A stretch of 64,000 nucleotides of DNA from an uncultured bacterium (GTDB lineage Bacteria; Methylomirabilota; Methylomirabilia; Methylomirabilales; 2-02-FULL-66-22), in the NCBI GenBank assembly GCA_964576535.1, contig CAZNWB010000006.1, positions 1,088 through 65,087 on the forward strand, given 5' to 3'. The position numbers and the translations under genes were made by a program. Position 1 is the first letter of the stretch. Every line of letters starts with the position of its first letter. Of the stretch, positions 55,343-63,748 are shown piece after piece. The notes under the pieces are model-generated. The model searched no databases. It worked only from the letters and a program-made list of their open reading frames with translations, and had not been told where the DNA came from.

Positions 55343-56538
55343 GGGTAACTCCTTCCCGTTCGGAGCGATCGCCGCGAGGTTCGGGCGCCACGACCACCGC
55401 CACCGGTGCCGCTCGCGGAACCGAATCCGGCACCGGAGCCGCTCCCGGCGCCGGCACCAAGCCTGGTGCCGACGCCGCCACCAGCAGCCAATCGGCTGCC
55501 GGCACCACATGACGAGCGAATCAACAGTGTGTGGGACACCACGGTGGTGGAGAAGACGTGCTGCTCCGCCTGTTCCATCTGAGCGATGGCCCGGCGGACG
55601 GCTAGGCGCCCCATCTCGTCCTTGGGGACGGCCACGGTAGTCAGGGGCGGGGTGGTGTGGGCCGCGTATTCAATGTCATCGTAGCCGACGAGGGCGAGGT
55701 CGTCGGGAACACGCAACCCCTGCTCGCGGATGGCCCGCATGGCCCCGATGGCCATGTCGTCGTTGGTGAAGATGGCGGTGGGGCGACCCGGGCCCTTGAG
55801 AAGGATCTCGGTGGCCGCGTGGCCACCCTCGGGTCGGAGCGGCGCTTCGACCACGAGGTCATCCTTGACGGGGATCCCGGCCTCGTGGAGGGCACGCCGG
55901 TAGCCGCTGGCCAGGGCCTGGGAGAAGGGGTGTCGGGCCGGACCGCGAATCAGGGCGATGCGGCGGTGCCCGAGCTTGATCAGGTGGCGGGTAGCCTCGT
56001 AGGCGCCCTGGGCGTCGTCACAGACCACGGCATCCGCGTCCCGGATCGGAGATCGCATGTCCACCAGGACGAGGGAAAAGCCGTTGGCGTGGAGCTGGCG
56101 CACCAGCCGAGGCGGCAGCTTGCCCACCAGGATCAGCCAGCGGGTCATCATCTCGCGGATCATCCGCGGGTATTCCGACGGGGGGGTGGCCTCGCCCATC
56201 CCGTACCCGAGCAAGAGGTGGCAGTCGAAGCGGCGCGCCTCGTCGGCGATGCCCTGGATGATCCCGGCGAAGTAGCTGTGAGAGGTCACGACCTCGGGGC
56301 TGAGGATGGTGCCGATAATGCGCTCGTCGCCCGCGCTCGGAGCGGTGCGGCTGGCCAGGCGCTGGGCGGCGGGGTTGGGGATGTACCCGAGTCGGCGGAC
56401 GGCGGCCAGGACCCTGCGCCGGCTGGCCGGGCTGACGTCCGGGCGGCCGCGGACCACCCGGGAGACGGTCATGATTGACAGCCCGGTGTGCCGTGCGATG
56501 TGCTTCAGCGTGACCGGAGCGCGCAGGGATCTCGGCAT
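55339..56538 (-). CDS. LacI family transcriptional regulator with a Gly/Ala/Ser-rich C-terminal extension
   Basis: HTH VTLKHIARHTGLSIMTVSRVV; sugar-binding core ends near ..TLLIRSS; 56 extra low-complexity residues follow (55342-55509). Confidence 0.85.
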   Translation of the reverse strand: MPRSLRAPVTLKHIARHTGLSIMTVSRVVRGRPDVSPASRRRVLAAVRRLGYIPNPAAQRLASRTAPSAGDERIIGTILSPEVVTSHSYFAGIIQGIADEARRFDCHLLLGYGMGEATPPSEYPRMIREMMTRWLILVGKLPPRLVRQLHANGFSLVLVDMRSPIRDADAVVCDDAQGAYEATRHLIKLGHRRIALIRGPARHPFSQALASGYRRALHEAGIPVKDDLVVEAPLRPEGGHAATEILLKGPGRPTAIFTNDDMAIGAMRAIREQGLRVPDDLALVGYDDIEYAAHTTPPLTTVAVPKDEMGRLAVRRAIAQMEQAEQHVFSTTVVSHTLLIRSSCGAGSRLAAGGGVGTRLGAGAGSGSGAGFGSASGTGGGGRGARTSRRSLRTGRSYP

Positions 56539-56558
56539 TGTTTGGGCCGGTGAGCTGT

Positions 56559-56583
56559 TAGCGTTAACGGTACGATTCGTACC
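56559..56583. promoter_or_regulatory. overlapping palindromes, candidate operator
   Basis: TAGCGTTAACGGTA (12/14 symmetric) overlapping GGTACGA-t-TCGTACC (perfect 7-bp arms); 20-45 nt upstream of the LacI start, in the divergent region. Confidence 0.4.
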
Positions 56584-56799
56584 CCAAATCGGTCCCGGGC
56601 GTCAAGGGGATTTTCGGCACACTGGGCCGAGCGGCTCCAACCAGAGCGGCGACATACGGCGGAGACCATTTCCGCTGGACACGACTGTTCCCACCTGTGA
56701 TTTCGTGTTGACTTTTGTTTGAGGCTGTGAGCCAATGGCCTGAGCACATCGGCCTGGCCGGCGAGGGGAGCAAGGCCGGCTTGGTTCCTGGAGGGGTGG

Positions 56800-57774
56800 A
56801 TGGCGGTTGCGCGGGTTGATCCGCACTGGCGGTACCACGATCTGCGCGTCATCGTGCTGGAGAACCCGTACCTGCGCCTCACCGTGCTTCCCGAGGTCGG
56901 GGCTAAGATCTACGATTTCATCTACCGGCCGGCCGACCGGAACTTCCTCTGGCACAACCCCCGACTCGAACCTCGCCGTCCCGTCTTCGGCGGTAACTTC
57001 GACGACTGGTGGAGCGGGGGCTGGGACGAGGTGTTTCCCACCTGTGACGTCAGCACGTACAAGGGTGAGACCTACCCGTACCTGGGGGAGCTCTGGTCGC
57101 TCCCCTGGCGCTGGGAGATCCACGAGCCCGGACCGTCCGCCGTCTCTCTGTATGTGTCGCGGACGACCATCATCGCCCCCGCGCGAATGGAAAAATGGAT
57201 CCGCCTCACGGCGGATGAGCCCGTCGTCCGGTTCCGCCACCGGCTGACGAACATCGGGACGCAACCTCTGGACTTCGTGTGGGGCATCCATCCGTGTTTT
57301 GGCATCGAGCCGGGCTACCGCATCGACGCCCCGGCCCGGGTCGGGGTGATCGGCCACACGGCCACCGCCCCCTTCGGGCCGGTGGGGACGACGTACCCAT
57401 GGCCGAAGGCCGAAGTGTGCACCGTTCCACCGGCGAGCCAGGGGTGGTGCGAAGGGCACTACGCGACCGAGCTGACCGATGGGTGGGTCGCCCTGACCGA
57501 TCCCAAGGAAGAAATCGGAATCGGCCTGGTCTTCCCCCGAGAGGTGTTTCCTGTCCTCTGGTGCTGGATGGTCTTCGGGGGCTGGCGCGGCCATTACCAC
57601 GTGGCACTGGAGCCATGGACCGGCTGGCCCCACCAACTGGACAAGGCGGTGGCGGCCGGTCGGCACCGGACCCTGGCCCCGGGCGAGGCGCTGGAGTGTG
57701 AGACGATGGCGGTCGTGTACACCGGCCGGAGGACGGTGCGGGCGATCGGCCGGGACGGCCACGTCCGCGGGTAG
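56800..57774 (+). CDS. aldose-1-epimerase-like (galactose mutarotase fold) protein
   Basis: 324 aa; GGAGGGG upstream; LENPYLRLTVLPEVGAKIYDFIYRP...FLWHNP resembles mutarotase-like families; call tentative. Confidence 0.55.
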   Translation: MAVARVDPHWRYHDLRVIVLENPYLRLTVLPEVGAKIYDFIYRPADRNFLWHNPRLEPRRPVFGGNFDDWWSGGWDEVFPTCDVSTYKGETYPYLGELWSLPWRWEIHEPGPSAVSLYVSRTTIIAPARMEKWIRLTADEPVVRFRHRLTNIGTQPLDFVWGIHPCFGIEPGYRIDAPARVGVIGHTATAPFGPVGTTYPWPKAEVCTVPPASQGWCEGHYATELTDGWVALTDPKEEIGIGLVFPREVFPVLWCWMVFGGWRGHYHVALEPWTGWPHQLDKAVAAGRHRTLAPGEALECETMAVVYTGRRTVRAIGRDGHVRG

Positions 57775-57794
57775 AAGAGCCCAAAACAATGCAA

Positions 57795-57825
57795 CCGCAG
57801 ATGAACGCACATGGACGCAGATTCC
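57795..57825. repeat. direct stutter repeat (word CGCAGAT)
   Basis: CCGCAGATGAA, CGCACATGGA, CGCAGATTCC; same word as 20829-20863; no inverted partner seen; 21 nt after the stop at 57774. Confidence 0.7.
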
Positions 57826-57845
57826 TTCACGGAAGGAGGGGAGTC

Positions 57846-58856
57846 ATGAGACGAGGCTGGTGGGTTGCGGGGGTACTGGGCGTGGTGGCACTGGCGACGG
57901 TCCCGACGATGCCCCTAGCCGGGGCGGCTGACCACGAGGGGACGGTGGTCCTCTACACGGCATCGCAAAGCGATCTCGTGCAGGCGATCGTCCCGCTGTT
58001 CGAGAAGAAAACCGGGATCAAGGTGCAGACGGTCGAGGCGGGCACCAGCGAGATCATCAAGCGGGCGCAGGCGGAAAAGGACAACCCCCTGGGAGACGTG
58101 TTCTGGGGCGTGGGGGCAGAGGTGCTCGATGCTCACAAGGCATTGCTGGAACCCTACGCGCCGGCCGACCTGGATAAGGTTCACCCGTCCTACCGGAAGA
58201 GTCCCGCCTGGGTCCCGAACAACGTGACCCCGATGGTGATCGTGTACAACAAGAACCTGGTCAGAGAGAGCGAAAAACCCAAGACGTGGAAGGAGCTGGC
58301 CGACCCCAAATGGAAAGGCAAGATCGCCTTCGCCGCGGCCGATCGCTCCGGCTCGGCCTACATCCAGTTGGCCACCATCCTCTCCATCTACGGGGACAAC
58401 GCCGCGGGCTGGACGGTGGTCGAGGACATCATGAAGAACGTGAAGGTCCTGCCCAGCTCCAGCAAGGTGCCCAACGGGGTGAAGGATGGCGAGTATGCCG
58501 TGGGCCTCTCCTACGAGGATATCGTGGGCCGGTTCATCGCCGGTGGGGCGCCCATTGGCGCGATCTACCCGGCAGACGGGACAGCCATCCCGCCCGACGC
58601 CAACGCCATCATCAAGGGTGCCAAACACCCCAAGGCGGCCCGGCTGCTGGTGGATTTCCTCCTGTCCAATGAGGTCATGACACTCCTGGCCCAGAAGTTT
58701 TCTCTGCGCTCGTCGCGGCCGGACGTGATCTCGCCGCCGGGCCTGCCGGACCTGAGGGAGATCAAGGCGATCAATTACGACTTCAACTGGGCCGCGGACA
58801 ACAAGGACCGGCTCATCAAGCAGTGGCGGGAGCTCATGTTGAAGCTTGGTGGCTGA
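57846..58856 (+). CDS. ABC substrate-binding protein (family 1, AfuA/FbpA-like)
   Basis: ATG 57846 with GGAAGGAGGGG upstream (ORF opens at 57789 inside the repeat); signal peptide; VVLYTASQ...IKVQTVEAGTSE pattern. Confidence 0.85.
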   Translation: MRRGWWVAGVLGVVALATVPTMPLAGAADHEGTVVLYTASQSDLVQAIVPLFEKKTGIKVQTVEAGTSEIIKRAQAEKDNPLGDVFWGVGAEVLDAHKALLEPYAPADLDKVHPSYRKSPAWVPNNVTPMVIVYNKNLVRESEKPKTWKELADPKWKGKIAFAAADRSGSAYIQLATILSIYGDNAAGWTVVEDIMKNVKVLPSSSKVPNGVKDGEYAVGLSYEDIVGRFIAGGAPIGAIYPADGTAIPPDANAIIKGAKHPKAARLLVDFLLSNEVMTLLAQKFSLRSSRPDVISPPGLPDLREIKAINYDFNWAADNKDRLIKQWRELMLKLGG

Positions 58857-58868
58857 TCAGTCTCCGGC

Positions 58869-60524
58869 ATGAGACGGCTCCATTGGCTGCCACGAGATGG
58901 ATGGTCGGGGGTGGCCCTGGCCATCCATCTCGTGATCGCGTTTCTCCTGGTGTACCCCCTGGCGAGACTCTTCACGGCCAGTTTCATCGGCGAGAGCGGG
59001 GGGATCAGCCTGGAAAACTACGTCCAGTTCTTCCACTACCGGTACTACCGGGGAAGTATCTGGAATAGCTTCCAGGTGAGTTTCCTCGTGACGGTGGGTG
59101 CCCTCGCGATCGGGGTGCCCCTGGCCTTCCTGGTCACTCGGTTCACCGTTCCCGGGAAACCCCTCGTCCGCACGCTGGCGGTGCTGCCCCTGCTCTCCCC
59201 GCCCTTCATCGGCGCCTACTCCTGGATCCTCCTCATGGGTCGCTCCGGCTACCTGCGGACCATGGTTCGGACCTGGGGGATCGACCTGCCCACCATCTAC
59301 GGCATGCATGGCATCGTGCTGTCGTTGACGTTGAACCTCTACCCCTTCGTGTTCCTGATCGTGTCAGGCGCCCTCATGACGGTGGACCGCGGACTGGAGG
59401 AGGCGGGGCAGAGTTTGGGCTCCAGCCCCCTCCGGACCTTCTTCACGGTGACCCTGCCCGTGACCCTGCCCTCCGTCCTGGCCGGGGCCCTCCTGGTGTT
59501 CCTGTCGGCCTTCGCCGAGTTCGGCTCGCCGATGATCATCGGCGAGGATTACACGGTGCTGCCCACCCTGATCTACACCCTGTTCATCAACGAGCTGGGG
59601 GGCAATCCCGCCATGGCCAGCACGGCCAGCTCGACCCTGGTCATCTGCTGCACCGCGGTCCTGCTGCTCCAACGCTGGTACAGCGGGCGGAAGGTCATCC
59701 AGATGTCCACCCTGAGCCGGCCCGAGGTGCAGGTCCTGCGCCCGGTGGCTCGCGCCCTGGTCACGATCACGGTGTACCTGGTGGTCGCGGTGTCCCTGCT
59801 GCCCTCCGTGGTGCTTCTCATCATTTCCTTTTTCAAGAGCCGCGGCCCTGTCCTCTACCCGGAATTCAGCCTGGACAACTACGCCAACATCTTCTTCTCG
59901 GTGCCCCGGGCCATCCTCAACAGCTTCTTGCTCTCCGGGCTGTCGTCGGCCCTGGATGTTCTGGTGGGGGCCCTGCTGGGCTACGTCCTGATCCGTCGAC
60001 CCTCCCCCGTGACCACCGTGCTCGACTCGGTGGTCATGCTGCCCTACGCCATCCCGGGGACGGTCATCGGGGTGGCGTACATCGTGGCCTTCAACCGGCC
60101 GCCCGTCGTGTTGACGGGAACGTTCCTCATCCTCATCCTGGCGTACTTCGTCCGGCGCCTCCCGTACTCGGTCCGGGCCAGTGCCGCCATCCTGCAGCAG
60201 ATCGACCCCAACGTGGAGGAAGCTTCGATCAGCCTCGGGGTTCCCCCGCTCAAGAGCTTCTTCAAGATCACCGCGCGTCTGATGGCGCCGGGCATCATCG
60301 CGGGTGGGGTGCTGACGTGGGTTCAGACCATTACGGAAATCAGTTCCACGATTTTCCTGTTCGTCGGCGCGTGGGCGACGATGACTGTCGTGATTTACCG
60401 CCAGGTGATCAGCAGCAACTTCGGCAGCGCCGCTGCGGCCTCGTCGCTGCTCCTGCTGGCCGTCTTCCTGCCCCTCCTCGCCTGGAACCTCCGGGCTGAT
60501 GAGAAGGCGATGGTTCTGACGTAA
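58869..60524 (+). CDS. fused ABC transporter permease (FbpB/AfuB-like)
   Basis: 551 aa, two tandem MalFG-type membrane domains. Confidence 0.85.
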   Translation: MRRLHWLPRDGWSGVALAIHLVIAFLLVYPLARLFTASFIGESGGISLENYVQFFHYRYYRGSIWNSFQVSFLVTVGALAIGVPLAFLVTRFTVPGKPLVRTLAVLPLLSPPFIGAYSWILLMGRSGYLRTMVRTWGIDLPTIYGMHGIVLSLTLNLYPFVFLIVSGALMTVDRGLEEAGQSLGSSPLRTFFTVTLPVTLPSVLAGALLVFLSAFAEFGSPMIIGEDYTVLPTLIYTLFINELGGNPAMASTASSTLVICCTAVLLLQRWYSGRKVIQMSTLSRPEVQVLRPVARALVTITVYLVVAVSLLPSVVLLIISFFKSRGPVLYPEFSLDNYANIFFSVPRAILNSFLLSGLSSALDVLVGALLGYVLIRRPSPVTTVLDSVVMLPYAIPGTVIGVAYIVAFNRPPVVLTGTFLILILAYFVRRLPYSVRASAAILQQIDPNVEEASISLGVPPLKSFFKITARLMAPGIIAGGVLTWVQTITEISSTIFLFVGAWATMTVVIYRQVISSNFGSAAAASSLLLLAVFLPLLAWNLRADEKAMVLT

Positions 60525-60528
60525 CGCC

Positions 60529-61533
60529 ATGCGGGCGGTGGTGTGGACCGGGAGTGGGACGGTCGAGGTGCGGGAGGTACCGCCGCCTTCGAGTCCCGGC
60601 GCAGTCCGAGTGCGGATGCGGGCGGCCGGGATCTGCGCCACAGACCTTCACATCCTGGATGGACGTCTCCGGTTTTCCAGGGCGCCCCTGATCCTGGGGC
60701 ACGAATTGGCGGGGGAGGTGGTCGAGGGAGCACCGGACCTGGCCGCGGGGACGCGGGTGGCGGTGGCCTCCGTGCTGAGCTGCCATGGCTGCCCCTACTG
60801 CCGACGGGGATTACCGCACCTGTGCGACACGCCCCGGGAACTCGGGATCACGGTGGATGGTGGTTGGTGCGAGGAAATCGCGGTGCCGCGGGAGAACCTG
60901 GTGCCGCTGCCGGCTGGGCTCTCCTGGGAAGCGGGCGCGCTCCTGGAACCCCTCAACTGCACCCTGGGCGCCATGGAGCGGGCTCGCGTGCGGGCCGGCG
61001 ATGACGTGCTGATCCTGGGGAGCGGCCCGGCCGGACTCCTGTTCGTCCAGTTGGCGCGGCTCAAGGGGGCGGGGCGCGTCCTGGTGGTGGGGACGACACC
61101 GGCCCGCCAGGCCCTCGCACAGGCCCTGGGGGCGGACTTTCTCCTGGATGCCGGCGAAGACCTGCTGAAGCGCAGCCGGGAGCTGTGCGGGGGCATCGGG
61201 CCGGACCTGGTGATCGAGGCCGTAGGGAGCGAGCGAACGATCCACGAGGCGTTCCGCCTAGTCCGCCGTGGCGGCCAGGTGGTGTTGTACGGCCTCCACG
61301 GCCGACCGATCGAGGCCTTCGACATGGATGGGATCGTGATGAATGCCCTGACGGTCGTCGGGCACCAGTCCTCGCCCGGCCTGTGGCCCGAGACGGTGAA
61401 GCTGGTGGAGACGGGACGGATCGACGTGGGCCGGATGGTCACCGGGCGCTTTCCCCTGAGCGATGCCCCGCGTGCCCTGGATGTGGCCCGGGACGAAGCG
61501 GCCGGCTCCATCAAGGTCATGCTGGAGATCTGA
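60529..61533 (+). CDS. MDR-family zinc-dependent dehydrogenase (polyol/threonine dehydrogenase-like)
   Basis: 334 aa; GICATDLH, GHELAGEV, structural-Zn CHGCPYCRRGLPHLC, GSGPAGLL. Confidence 0.9.
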   Translation: MRAVVWTGSGTVEVREVPPPSSPGAVRVRMRAAGICATDLHILDGRLRFSRAPLILGHELAGEVVEGAPDLAAGTRVAVASVLSCHGCPYCRRGLPHLCDTPRELGITVDGGWCEEIAVPRENLVPLPAGLSWEAGALLEPLNCTLGAMERARVRAGDDVLILGSGPAGLLFVQLARLKGAGRVLVVGTTPARQALAQALGADFLLDAGEDLLKRSRELCGGIGPDLVIEAVGSERTIHEAFRLVRRGGQVVLYGLHGRPIEAFDMDGIVMNALTVVGHQSSPGLWPETVKLVETGRIDVGRMVTGRFPLSDAPRALDVARDEAAGSIKVMLEI

Positions 61534-61540
61534 AGAGCGG

Positions 61541-61607
61541 GGGCCAGGGATCAGGGGCCAGGGATCAGGGGTCGGACCCCGACCCCTGGCACCTGATCCC
61601 CGAGCCC
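61541..61607. repeat. stutter palindrome (word GGATCAGG/CCTGATCC)
   Basis: GGCCAGGGATCAGG x2 in tandem, central hairpin GGGGTCGG-acc-CCGACCCC, then TGGCACCTGATCCCCGAGCCC; starts 8 nt after the stop at 61533. Confidence 0.85.
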
Positions 61608-61637
61608 GGTCGTTGGGGGAGGAGGGTAGGCCAGCCC

Positions 61638-62717
61638 ATGGCGGGAGAGGTCCGGGTCGAGAGGGTCAGCCGGAACTTCGGCACCGTCCAGGCCCTGGTG
61701 GAGGTGTCGCTGGAGATCCGGCAGGGCGAATTCTTCACCCTGCTTGGACCCAGCGGGTGCGGCAAGACGACCCTGCTGCGGATCATCGCCGGGTTCACCA
61801 AGCCGGATTCGGGCATGGTCTGGATCGGGGACGTGCGGCTGGATGCCTTGCCCGCCCATCGCCGGGACATCGGCATGGTCTTCCAGAATTACGCCATCTT
61901 TCCCCACCTCACGGTTTTCGACAACGTGGCCTACGGGCTGCGAGCCCGCCGGGTCCCGGACGCCGATATCCGTCGGCGCGTGGAGGAGGCCTTGCGGCTC
62001 GTCCACCTGGAGGCGCAGGCCACCCGGATGCCGCACCAACTCTCCGGGGGGCAGCAGCAGCGGGTGGCCACGGCTCGCGCGCTGGTGATCCAACCCCGCA
62101 TCCTTTTGATGGACGAGCCGCTCTCGAACCTGGATGCCAAGCTGCGGGTGGAGATGCGGACGGAGATCCGTCGACTCCAGCGGGACCTGGGGATCACCAC
62201 CATCTACGTCACCCACGACCAGGAAGAGGCGCTGGCCATCTCGGAGCGGCTGGCGGTCATGAACGCCGGCCGGGTGGAGCAGGTCGGATTGCCCTGGGAC
62301 GTGTACCAGGCGCCCGGGAGCGCTTTCGTGGCGCAGTTCATCGGGGCCAGTAACGCCCTCAGCGGCAGGCTGGTTGGGACCGAGGGAGAGTGGGCCCGGG
62401 TGGAGATCGGCGGATGGATCGTCCGCGCGCGCCGGGCGGGTGTGGCCACCGGCCGCGCCCTGGTGGTCTTTCGCCCGGAAGCTGTGGAATTGCTCTCTGA
62501 GGACGTCCTGCCTCCGGGGGCCACGCTAGGGGAGGGTGTGGTGATCAACCGGGAGTTTCTCGGTTCCGTGCTTCGCTACCGCCTGCGGCTTGTGGACGGC
62601 TCTCAGATCCATCTAGATGAACACAAGCCGGACGCCGCCCGCCTGCGAAAGGAGGGGGAACGGGTCCGCTTCGCCGTGCAACCCCAGGACGTCATGCTGT
62701 TTCCAACGGAGGGTTGA
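61638..62717 (+). CDS. ABC transporter ATP-binding protein (PotA/FbpC type)
   Basis: ATG 61638 with GGAGGAGGG upstream (ORF opens at 61185 and is rejected); GPSGCGKTT, LSGGQQQRV, LLMDEPLSNLD. Confidence 0.9.
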   Translation: MAGEVRVERVSRNFGTVQALVEVSLEIRQGEFFTLLGPSGCGKTTLLRIIAGFTKPDSGMVWIGDVRLDALPAHRRDIGMVFQNYAIFPHLTVFDNVAYGLRARRVPDADIRRRVEEALRLVHLEAQATRMPHQLSGGQQQRVATARALVIQPRILLMDEPLSNLDAKLRVEMRTEIRRLQRDLGITTIYVTHDQEEALAISERLAVMNAGRVEQVGLPWDVYQAPGSAFVAQFIGASNALSGRLVGTEGEWARVEIGGWIVRARRAGVATGRALVVFRPEAVELLSEDVLPPGATLGEGVVINREFLGSVLRYRLRLVDGSQIHLDEHKPDAARLRKEGERVRFAVQPQDVMLFPTEG

Positions 62718-62721
62718 AAGC

Positions 62722-62847
62722 AATGGAAAATTTCAAACCGACAATGAAAAACGGACAACGCGGAGCTGGCGAAGGCCGCATGCTGGTCGGGCCAATCGGG
62801 CCTCGGCTCATTGTCAGTTGTCAGTTGTCAGTTTTCCATTTTTCATT
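62722..62847. repeat. stutter palindrome (GACAA/TTGTC plus AATGAAAAA words)
   Basis: left arm 62722-62760 (AATGGAAAA..CCGACAATGAAAAACGGACAACG); right arm 62809-62847 (CATTGTCAGTTGTCAGTTGTCAGTTTTCCATTTTTCATT); 48-nt spacer; starts 5 nt after the stop. Confidence 0.85.
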
Positions 62848-62862
62848 GGAAGGACGTCGGCC

Positions 62863-63720
62863 ATGAAGGCCTCCGAGTTTCGGGCGGGGCAACTACCGAC
62901 GGACGTCCGGCGCTTGGTGACCGAGGCAATTCTCGTCGCGCGCGAGGCGGGCCGCATCCTTCGGCGCCGCTTCCGGACGGCGCTGCGCATTTCGAGGAAG
63001 GGGCCGGGCGACATCGTGACCGCGGCCGATGTGGAGGTCCAGGCCATGATCGCCCGGCGGCTGCGTCGGGCGTTCCCGACCCACGGCATCCTGGCGGAGG
63101 AGGGACTGGACGCCACGGCCGGGACAGAGTGGCGCTGGATCGTGGACCCGCTGGACGGAACCAAAAACTTCGCCCGCGGCATCCCCAGCTTTTGCGTGTC
63201 CATCGGGGCCGAGCGGGAGGGCAAGGTCGAGCTCGGCGTCGTGCTCGACCCGACCCAGGAAGAGTTGTTCGTGGGGGCACGCGGGGCCGGCGCCTGGTTG
63301 AACGGCCGGCGCATCCACGTCTCCGAGGTCTCGGATCTTGCGGGCGCGTTTCTGGGGACCGGACTTCCCAACCGGGTGCGAAGGTTCGCCGGCCCCGTGG
63401 CCCGGGTGTTCAGTCGCTTCGCTGCCCGCTGCCTGGGGGTCCGGGATCGCGGCGCCGGGGCCCTGGACCTGTGCTACGTCGCCTGCGGCCGGTTCGACGG
63501 CTACTGGGAGGTGGATCAATCCCCCTGGGACATCGCCGCAGGAGGCCTCATCGTGGAGGAGGCCGGCGGGCGCATGTCCAACTTCCGGGGCGGGCCGTTC
63601 GACATCTACGGAGGCGAGACAGTGGCGAGCAACGGGAAGATTCACGACCAGATGCTCGCGCTGCTGGGTGCCCGCGCCGGCATGCCCCGGGGCTACCGGC
63701 CTCCTGTACGACGACGCTAG
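62863..63720 (+). CDS. inositol monophosphatase family protein
   Basis: ATG 62863 with GGAAGGA upstream (ORF opens at 62617 across the repeat); ILAEEG, WIVDPLDGT, PWDIAAG. Confidence 0.85.
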   Translation: MKASEFRAGQLPTDVRRLVTEAILVAREAGRILRRRFRTALRISRKGPGDIVTAADVEVQAMIARRLRRAFPTHGILAEEGLDATAGTEWRWIVDPLDGTKNFARGIPSFCVSIGAEREGKVELGVVLDPTQEELFVGARGAGAWLNGRRIHVSEVSDLAGAFLGTGLPNRVRRFAGPVARVFSRFAARCLGVRDRGAGALDLCYVACGRFDGYWEVDQSPWDIAAGGLIVEEAGGRMSNFRGGPFDIYGGETVASNGKIHDQMLALLGARAGMPRGYRPPVRRR

Positions 63721-63748
63721 CGTGCTTGATCCAAACAGGAATAGCAAA

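Noticed and set aside
62617-62862. 82-aa N-terminal extension of the last IMPase ORF (also 57789..57845, 40465..40524, 25550..25825, 20800..21285)
   Set aside because: The extensions read through stutter repeats or upstream gene ends. They lack an RBS, whereas internal ATGs with GGAGG-type RBSs give family-typical N-termini.
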